From Blasia pusilla (lineage: Eukaryota), in contig CM114271.1 of the NCBI GenBank assembly GCA_050084515.1, positions 2,666,001-2,730,000 of the forward strand: a stretch of DNA of 64,000 bases, read 5' to 3'. This document shows positions 54,071 to 64,000 of the stretch, piece by piece. How positions within the stretch are numbered: the first letter of the stretch is position 1; each line of letters begins with the position of its first letter. Under the pieces are notes generated by a model. That model ran no database searches. It was not told the origin of the DNA and saw only the letters and a list, made by a program, of their open reading frames with translations. A program made the translations under genes and the position numbers.

Positions 54071-57000
54071 TTTCGTGCACATACACATCGCTACACAACA
54101 CATCGCTGTCACCGAACACTTACACAAACACACACGATCAAATGCTAGTTCATAGCATCCAAACAACAAGACAAGAACTACCAAAATATCTCTAATAAAA
54201 TATGGTGAAATCTCTCTCACACCAACATAGCTCTCACATGTCTCTCTCAATGTCAAACCAAACCCACTCTCCTAATGAGAGGCTTGGGTTACACTCACAA
54301 GGCAAGGGACCATAGCTGCGCCGCCTCGTGTCAAGAGATTCAACAAAGAGAGAATGAGCTCTCAATCTCTCTCTCTCCTTGAGGTATACCTCTCCCCTCT
54401 CCCAAGCTCTCTCCATGGTAACCTATGATCCAAGTCACCTCCTTGGCTCTTGACCTGATGTAGAAGGTCAAGGGCCACTTCTCAAAATACAAAGTCGACA
54501 ATACTCAAAATTGTACTTACCTAAAATAGTAAGTTCCTCAATATGACTCCAAATGAGCCGAAACGAAGGGGAAACCTGCTCTCTCAGGTTTCCCGGGGCC
54601 TTAGGAGGTCATCCTCAACCTCTTAAGCCTGTCCTCCACTTCTCGTGAAGGCGCTCTACTAGATCTCACCGATCTATCCTAAAAGACGTAACAACTGTCG
54701 TGCGCATACACATCGCTACACAACATACATCGCTGTCACCAAACACGCACGATCCCATGCTTACTCATGGCATCCAAACACAAGACAAGAAGTACCAAAA
54801 TATCTCCAATCGTCCCCCTAGTTGGTGGTTAGGTCCCTCTAACTCCATATAGCCATCTATCCCTACCTACCATGACATACATCTCTTGGACGCTAAGAGC
54901 AAGAAGGCTGAGTGCTCATGTGGCCCCATCGTTAGTCGCCTTCTTGTCATCCATATCACAAACACAAATCATAATATAGAACTACCTACGCTATGTACAT
55001 CTGGGACACATCCATCGTCCCTAAGGAACCTTAGTGAGAGGTGACTTCAAACATGTCATATGCCATCCTCTCGAACATCCATCACAAACTAGCATAGTGG
55101 TTGCACCGCGGGCAAAACCTCACAATATACATCGCAAGCGTGTAGGAACTACTCCTAAGCTCGGATCAATTGTATTGTTAATGTTTGGAAAGTGACACGG
55201 CGCACAATTACATACATGGTCCTTCCAAACCATACCATCACGTCCCTCTTACAAGAAAACATATTATGGCAAAACCTCACGCACTCCCAAGATGGTGTGC
55301 GATGCAGTCACATCCAACGTTGTGGATGCCGTCTGCTGCAAGTAGACATAGTCTCCCTGATGAAACCTCCGGATAGTAGGTCAATAACCACCTCCCCGTA
55401 TAGTCGCATACCTCAATGTATCCCGATGTTGCGCAATCGCCAAGTTCTCAAACACCATGGGCATCACTCTCCAAAACAATTCAGACCTCTGAGAACATGC
55501 TCGCATCCATACATCAAGGGTCATCTAGGTTCAACACCTCACCAACATCTCGACGAATGGGCGAGGTAAATCTGGCTTTCGGCCATACAAAAGCAAGTAC
55601 GGTGAGAAAGACGCTAAGGATGTCTGCCTGCTGAATCTGTATCCCATCGCCAACCACGGCAACTGGAGGTCCCAATCTCCTAGATAACCTCTCTACAAGT
55701 CATACTTGGGTAATCCTCTCTTCACCGTCTGGACAACGCGCTCCGCTAGTCCATCCTCCTTATGATGATCTCGCGAAGTAGTACGGTGGTCGATTAGTGC
55801 ATGATCACACAAGGCTTGAAACTCCACGTGGAACTCCATACCCTGGTCTTTCAACACCTCAGTTGGTGCACCGTAATGACTCAGCATCCGATCTAGGAAG
55901 GCATACGCTACTCCCTCACTCACTTTGTCAGGCAATGCAACCAACTCTATCCACTGGGAGAAATGCTCAACCATCACCAACTCATAACGACTATGGCCCT
56001 CTGTCAAAGGTAAAGGTCTTGCAAAATCCAAACTCCATCTATAACCTAAACCCATAATCGGAAGTGGATGTAACTGTGGAGTCGGAGAATTGAATAATGC
56101 CCGGAATCGATCACACACAATGTATCTAGCAACAAACTACTGAACGTCAGTGTGCATGCCTTGCCATCAATAATGAATTTGGAGCAAGTTGTACGTCCGC
56201 TTCACTCCAAAATGACCTAGCTCCTCGTAGGCATGACCTACCAAACATGCTCTCTGTGAAGGATGAGGCACTACACGCACTCTACCATCCTCCCACACTC
56301 GCAACACATGTGTCTCCTCCCATCGGAACCGTCTGGCTCGCTGTAGGATCCGATCCCGCTCTCTAACACCCATTGTGCTCGCGAGTACGTAGGTACTCCA
56401 AGACTTCTCCATCGTTGTGAATATCTTGGCCATTTGTCGTCTCCTCACCGGCCTCTGGATTTAAGGACTCTCCATCAGGCCTCGCCATCGATCTGGCTCT
56501 CCATAGCCAAGAAGCCCAAATAGGCTAACGCATGCCATCCTGGCACCCACTCCTCATCACTCTCTCCATCCCATCGAGCTCCAGTCGCATCTCACTGACT
56601 CGGGCATGGGTTTCGGCTCAAACCATCTGCATCTTGGTTAAGCGTCCCAAGTCTATGTACCACTTGGAAGTCATACTCCTGCAACAAATAGCCCACCTCG
56701 CAAGTTTCCCTGTAAGCTTTTCGAACTCCATCAACCACTTAAGTGGCTGATGATAAGTAATGATGGTAAAGGGATTTCCGAATAGATAACATCTGAAATG
56801 TACGATAGTCCACACTACAACCAAGCACTCACCCTCATACAAGCTATACTTTGCCTCTGCAGCGTTGTTCAAGCGACTAGCGTAAGCCACCACGAACTCT
56901 CTACCATCATCGTCATGCTGGGTGAGCACAGCTCCAAGCCCCAACATGCTCCAATCGATATGCAACTGGAAAGGACGCCCCCTGATCGGTCTCCTCAATA

Positions 57001-60000
57001 TGGACGTGGACATCAATTTGTCCTTGAGCAGGTGAAATGCTCTCTCCTGCTCATCCTCCCAGTGCCACTCCTAATCCACCTTCGTCAGCAAGGTTAGTGG
57101 CTTCGCAATCGAACTAAAACCCTTGACGAACCGTCGATAGAAGTTTGCCAATCCCATGAATGCACGAACTCGACTCACATCTGTAGGGCATGGAATGCGT
57201 GAAATAGCCTCTACCTTCGTCTGCTGCACACCAAGGCCCCTTGGATATATCCTATGACCCAGGTTCTCAATCTGGTCATAGAAGAACTTGCACTTGCCTG
57301 GATGTAGCTTTAGCCCATATAACTGCAATCATCGAAACACCTCCTGTAGATGTCGCTCAAGCTCCTCAACCGAGGCGCTAAAGACTACGATGTCATAAAT
57401 ATAACACCTAGCAAAATCAAGACCTGCCAAGATCCTATCCATGACCCTCTGAAACTCAGCCAGGGCATTCTTTAACCCAAATGGTAAGAACCACCACTGG
57501 TACAAACAATCCTTCGTGAGGATTGATGCCCCAAAATGCCGTCTTGTGCATGTTCTCCAATCTAATAGGCAGTTGATGGTATCTGGCTCGAAGATCTAAC
57601 AAACTGAAGACCTTTGCATGCCAAATAGCATCCAAGATCTCTTTAGGGATGGGCATGGCATACCTATCGGACTTGGTCTGCCGATTGATAGGTCGGTAAT
57701 CTCCTCACATCCGCCTATCCGTCGAGTTGCCATGCACATCCTTCTTGGTGGGCATGACAGTGGAAGATGCATACTCTCCATGCGACATCTCCACTAGTCT
57801 TGCTCCAACCAAGTCCTGGCTCCTACTTTGAATCAGAGCCCTCTCCATGTCACTATACCTGTAGGGTCGTCGAAAGATCGGCGTGTCACTTGACAACTCA
57901 ATGCGGATCCCTGGACCCTTCAGCATACCCAAATCATGCATACTAAATGTAAAACAACTCCTATAACTCCTCACGAACTGATGTATTTGACGCCGCTCTC
58001 CTCCTATGAACTTAGGGCCCATATCTGGCTCCCAAGTCTCCATCGTGACTACGGTAGGACTCTTCAGCGTGGGTGTAGATGGTTGTTATGATACAACATT
58101 GTCTCGGACAACAAAACTTGACTGCTCCCCTATAACCAACTGCAAAATTGGATCTCCATGTGTAGTACCTAGGCTCAATGTTGTGGCTACCATCTCCTAG
58201 CGTACCTGCAAAACATCCCAAGAAGTCCAAGGGTGTCTCTCCCAATCATCCCTAGTGTATCAATCTCCTTGGGTCTTGCCCCCAACCATTGCCTCAACCA
58301 TCTCGGTAGGCATGGGGCTCACCAACGCAACAATTGTGATCTGTCGCATCTGCAAACGACGTTGCTCAGCTACTCCTAAGCTGAAAATCCATGTCAAGCA
58401 ATTCAGGTCCATCGCCTGATCCAAGACATGACGTCGTGATGCCTCTGATAGTGACGAAACTGCCATTACTCCTATGGGGAATCCCATCACTCGCTCTCAC
58501 TCATCGGCGTTGGGCTCCACCAACCGATGTACTTGGTCATATCAAACCAAGCCATGTCTGGACTCCTCGAATGCATAGGAAGCGGGAAAACTCACCAAGG
58601 TGGAAAAGGCTGCCCGTGGCATGCCAATCTTGTTCATCACAATCAACGGAGATTGAACATCGTGTCATACTTCCTGTGATGGATGACCTAGATCCACAAT
58701 AGAACCCACCAAAAAATTAGAGGGGCGCTCCACTCTCGCATATGCCCTTTGCAACACCTCATGTGGTACCAAGTTGGTCCACCAAAAATGCGGGCGGTGT
58801 GCTCTAGAACCTACACTCGCCGTATCTAACAACACTTCCAGGATGATCCATGTGCGCACCTAATGTGCACCCGTCACCACGCGGGTATCGAATCGCCCAA
58901 AATCGGCACATTCTCGAGAATGTATGTTGGAGAACGAGGCTAATGCTCATGTAAATGTCGCAAGATCCGCATCATCTCCCAAAACAACCTGGACTGAGTG
59001 TCAACTAATCCGCTACCTCGTCCAACACGCGATTGGCTTTGACACGGCCAACCAGCAATGACCAAGTCTATGGTCCCTAGCCTCTCCAAGTCCTACGTCC
59101 CCAACAATGAAATATCCCTCGGTAGGGAACTTTGGTAATCCTAGATGGCGGACGCAAACAACAAGTCGAGAAAGCGAAGGCCTAACTGCGCTACATGATG
59201 AAGTGAAGCGCGCCTTGCAACATCATCAATCTCCACATACAGGTACTGTTGCACGTGTACTCCTGCCTGCAAAAAAGCAGCTAACCTAGTGCTGATCCCT
59301 CCAAAGAGATCCAACACCCGAATACCCTCCTCTGGGATGCGCCACATAATAGGTATGGTGTCCAAGGGCGTCATCAAAGCACTCTCGACTGCCTTGGGTT
59401 CCTCTGACCCATCACGCTTTGGTGCAAACATCTCGCTCCACGCGGTCTACATATGCTCAGTGGCTAAGTGTCGAAGCTCCTCAGTCAAGCCCCAAAGCGG
59501 CACCTCTTCTCCACGGAGTGATGCGGCGACCATGACACTCCTCTCCATAGAAATTTCAAGAACGAGCATATCCTCTGTATGGACATGTCCCTCAGTTGAA
59601 TCACTAGGCCAAGTGATGGCGCTGCTAAATGTTGCTAAGGTCGCCATCTCTCTTGGCCGTCGCTTGATCATTGCACCTGTGAATCAAACGGGTAATGAGC
59701 TAAGGCGCCCATCACCTGACTGCCATCCTGGTCTATAGGACGCTGACTCCTCCCAGTAATCCAAGGAAAATCCCATCGGGTATAACACTGCTCCACCAAC
59801 CAAGATGTGGTAGGACTCTACATCAATCACTATCCCCTTGGCTCGCGCCACAGACTCATCTCTAGGATGTCCCGGGCGAATCCTCACCAAAACCTCCTGT
59901 CGGGTGATATATTGTGTGGTACTCGCTCCATCCAAGGATGTATGTATCCCGAATGGAAAACGCTCTACATCGGCTTTGGTCAAGCCCAATCCTCTGAATG

Positions 60001-60553
60001 ACGCTTTCCCCAACATTAGGGGTTGCGCTCGTGAATCCAACAAAGACGCGTTGCGGACTAGAAGCTCTACCTCCGGGACTCACCAATTAGAAGACCTCTC
60101 CCCGGTTATCCAACAACACAACACCGAGAGAAGCCATGGCACGCTCTATCGCGGGTCTAGCGGGCATCTCTACCATCTTAGCAGCCGCAGCCTGCCATGA
60201 ATCTGACGTGGACGGCCCGAGTATCCGCTCCAAGGGCAGGTTTATCACCTCCTCTGCAATCATATCTAAACATGATGTAGGAACTCCAACTCCACGCTCA
60301 CATAGCCTAGGGCCAACAGAACACCTTGACGGGCGTACCTCCAAATATCATAACATCGAAAGCAAAAAATAGCGGAGCACGGTACACCATCGTGGTCGCC
60401 CCCAACATCGTACTTGACACATGCTCCTCGTGAGCATTAGTAATAGCAGTCTTCACACTCGTTTCTCCCATCGCCCTCCGTGCCTGCACACCAATAACAT
60501 CACTAACTCTCCTAGAACTCTGATCAGGAGAGGATCATCGATTGGGTCCTCAT
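54071..60553 (-). mobile_element. Second, divergent DNMT- and PHD-encoding Ty3/gypsy-like element, interrupted at its 5' part by a copia insertion
   Basis: Colinear with 22630-29008: protease (~59700-60050), DNMT (~58380-59330), RT/RH (~56600-57900), integrase (~55200-56300), PHD (~54995-55135), then G-run and B'-A'-B' repeats (54696-54810, 54203-54693, 54071-54196). Confidence 0.9.
58380..59330 (-). pseudogene. C5 cytosine methyltransferase domain of the second element, catalytic Pro-Cys retained
   Basis: VLDLFGGIST; YVEID; LVIAGWPCQ (TGT at 59042-59044, minus strand); YILENV; VGSRAHRPHFWWTNL; MMGFP; RRHVLDQAMDLNCL. Confidence 0.9.
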
Positions 60554-63500
60554 TGTAGAAAATTGCTAAAGAAGCATAACTGATGGGAAATGGCTCTCAC
60601 ACTCACACACCGCCATGGAGAACAAAATTTGCAATGACAGAATGAGTGGAGGCTGGTCCCCTTCTGAATTATATAGGGTATGTACAAGCAATCATAACCC
60701 TAACCTTAACCATAGTCCCAAGTTAGACTAACTATGATTAACTAACCCTACTTAAGATAATCGCGCTTAACTGACTAACCAAGATTAAGCTTCCCTACTT
60801 TGTGTGAGTACTAAATGTAGCAGTTCACGTGTCTCATGATCTTGACTGTAACTCAATCTTCAATACTCCCCCTCAAGCTCCTATCGATATCTCTAACGCC
60901 TAAATCATTTCTAAACATCTCAAACTTATCTCTAAACAATGCCTTTGTAAAGATATCAACAATTTGCTAATCTGTACCTATATACACAAGATCAATTTCT
61001 CTTGCAAGCACTTTCTCTCTGATAAAATGATAGTGCACCTCAACATGTTTTGTACGAGCATGAAACACAAGGTTATTAGCAAGCTTGATGCTACTTATAT
61101 TTTCTGCATATATTACACTAGGTCCTAGGTTACTAAAACCAATCTCAACAAGTAATCGATGAAGCCACACCGCCTCACATGTTGCATTGGTTGCTCCTCT
61201 GTACTCAGCCTCTGTTGAAGATAAAGCAATTGTAGGTTGCTTCTTTGAAGCCCAAATTATAGCTACGCTTTCCAAAGTAAATGAATAACCAGATGTGGAG
61301 TGTCGATCAGACACGCTTCTTGCCCAATCAGCATCTGTGAATCCCTGTGATTGAAAACTCGGAGAAGGTTCAAATTGAATCCCGAATTGAATAGAGAATT
61401 TTACATACCGCATAATCCTCCTCACAACATCAAGGTGAGGTTTTCGAGATGCTTGCATAAACTGGCTCACTAGGCCAACACCATAGCTCAAATCTGGTTT
61501 GGTTATAGTTAGATACATCAAACTTCCAACCATGCGCCTGTACATATTAGAATCTGCAAGCAAAACTCCTTCGTCCACTCCTAGCTTCACACTCTAGTCC
61601 AATGGTGTAGAGATTGGCTTACAAGCCGTCATACCATATTTTGAAAGCATATGAAGAGTATGTGGTTCGTTGTAGTAACCACATGCTCTCTCCAACCTTG
61701 ATAAAATCAATATCAAGGAAGTACTTGAGTTCTCCCAAGTCCTTCATATCAAATTCTGCTTGTAACTTAAGCTTGATTTGTTGTACCATTTCTTCAGTAC
61801 TCCTAGTAATCAAGAGATCGTCAACATACAACACAATAAGAACCGTATGATCTTGTACTCTCAAGACATATAACGATGAGTCAAAATAACATACCCTAAA
61901 ATCCAAATCTTGTAGGACGTATGTAATCTTGCCATACCAAGCTCCCATGTCTGCTGATGTCTTAATGCATCAAGCTCTTCCTCCATAGCTTCAATCCATT
62001 CGACTTTACTTGCAGCTTCTTCAAAACAACTCGGCTCGAGTTCTTGAAGGGTAGTCATCATATATGCATGATGTGTCGCAAGGAAACCTTCATGTATGAA
62101 TCTATGAACTGGATATGTAACTCTACTTGATCTACGAAGTTGTTATTCAGAGGTAGATGCCTCTGACACCTGACTCAAGCTCTGACTAGTATCAACAGAC
62201 TGAATACGTACTCTTCCCGTCCATGGACTCACAGATTTAACTGATGAATTTAGGACCTCTCCTAATCTTGCACAAGTACTGGGGGAAGTTAAAGACCATT
62301 TCTATTGGTTTACAATCATATTCTTCCATTCAACAGACGAGTTTATAGGTGGAATAGGCTCAGATGGAGCATACCATGACTTTAGCTCATCAAAGACAAC
62401 ATCCCGACTAATAATAAGTTGCCTAGAGGATGGAATGTAGCACTTATATCCCTTAGTTAACATAGCCAATGAAGATACATCTTTCACACTTGGGATCTAA
62501 TTTCTGACGTCTCTTAGAAGGATCATGACCATAACAAATAGAGCCAAATACTTTCAAGAAGGAAAAATCAGTTTTACTTCTTGTGAAGACTTCAAATGAA
62601 ATTTTATCATGAACTCTTACTGTTGGAGTTCGGTTGATTAAGAAGACTGCACATGCTACAACCTCTGCCCAATACACCTTAGGCATGTTCTTCTCATTCA
62701 GCATAGCTCCTGCCACTTCAACAATATGTCGATTCTTCCTCTCAACCACTCCATTTTTTTGTGGAGTGTAACGGCAAGTCACGTGACGTTGGATACCATT
62801 CTGACGTAAATAATCATCAAACTTTGTTAAAAGATACTCTCCTCCTCCATCACAACGCAATTTCAGAATGTGTTCTCAAGTCTGCTTCTCTACTAGAACT
62901 CTGAATGTTTAGAACACTGAGAATACCTCTGACTTGGCTTTAAGAAAGTATACCCATATATACCTAGAGAAGTCATCAATAAATGAAACAAAGTATTGGC
63001 AACCACTAAGACTAAGTTGTGATGTTGTCCACACATCATTGTGTGGATCAACTCCAATATCTTGGATGCTCTTCTACCTTGCTTTGGAAAAGGAAATCTA
63101 ATTTATTTTCCAAATTGGCAAGGAGGACATACCTCTAACGTAGCAAGACTCGCTAATTTAGGGAGTCTTATTACTATATTAGATGATGAAAGACTCTGTA
63201 ATCTTTGAAGATTCATACGTCCAATTATTTTATGCCACACATTTAGATTTGTGACTTGTTGGCCGGCTTGATCATACATTAATGTTTGAATCTCTGGCAT
63301 AAAAACATCTAATTTGAACATTCTTCCAAATATAGTTCCTTTGGCTATCGTAGTCTGGTCATCCATTGTTTGAATGAAATAATCATCTGTGTTAAACTTC
63401 ACTTAATAACCCTCTTCTACTATCTGTCCTACACAGATCAAGTTTCTTGCAATGGTAGGAACATAGAGAACATTTCCAAGAGCACAAAGACCATCTGATG

Positions 63501-64000
63501 CTATTAGAACTTTATCGGTATGCGTGATATGATGTTGAGCGTCATCTCCTTTGAGCACAATTGCATGATCTTTCACCGCCTCCAAACTAGTAAACCCTTT
63601 AGCTTGTGAGGTCATGTGATTTGATGCACCAAAGTCAATGTACCAATCTGTTGTTGAGTCTTTCTTGACCATTGCTCCCATATAATGAGTCATGACAAAG
63701 AGATGCTCCGTTTGTGAACATTGTTATTCTTGGTATTGCTCTTGGTGTTGTTGCTCCACATAGTTTTATTTTTGTAAGGCTCCTATTCTCATATCTGCCT
63801 TCTTGAAGCAAAACTTTGCATAGTGACCCTTTATCCCACAGGAATTACAAGATCCAGGGACCCTCTGCTGCTGACCTCGACCCCAACGGTTTCCACCATC
63901 ACCACCTTATGATTGTGTCTAGTACTGGTTCGTAGTTGATTGAGTGACGTTATATTGAGTGCCTCTTCTTCCATATCCTTGGTATCCACCACGACCACAA
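60554..64000 (-). mobile_element. Degenerate Ty1/copia LTR retrotransposon (3' LTR ~60554-60865; extends beyond window)
   Basis: Zinc knuckle CNSCGIKGHYAKFC; protease WYIDFGASNHMT; integrase RCDGGGEY...TPQKNGVVERKNR; RT LYVDDLLI; RNase H FTDADWA...LSSTEAEY, in copia order. PPT gagggggag; LTR TATTGAAG...TTCTACA. Confidence 0.92.

Overview
Eukaryotic, intron-containing, TE-rich plant DNA. A non-seed land plant such as a bryophyte is my inference from the TE types; the species cannot be determined from the sequence. Host genes: (1) a minus-strand gene joining an exon with two C-x4-C...C-x2-H repeats to an atypical WRKY exon (4816-9923); (2) an intact 8-exon diaminopimelate decarboxylase (33633-36747); (3) a 9-exon gene resembling the NOC4 N-terminal half fused to a long acidic tail ending in an NLS (41829-46323). 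The main finding is a Ty3/gypsy-like retrotransposon lineage present in two divergent, decayed copies (19551-29008 +; 54071-60553 -). Its polyprotein order is gag-protease-C5 cytosine methyltransferase (DNMT3-like)-RT-RNaseH-DDE integrase-PHD finger. Its termini are split direct repeats (A-internal-PPT-B-A-B) rather than a normal LTR pair, with no recognisable tRNA primer-binding site. Also present: four CRE-like LINE copies with restriction-like endonuclease (one with an antisense self-insertion and a 9-bp TSD), a Ty1/copia element nested in the second DNMT element, short non-autonomous Helitrons, a 64-bp tandem repeat and several hairpins. All homology calls come from motifs read by eye; no database search was run.
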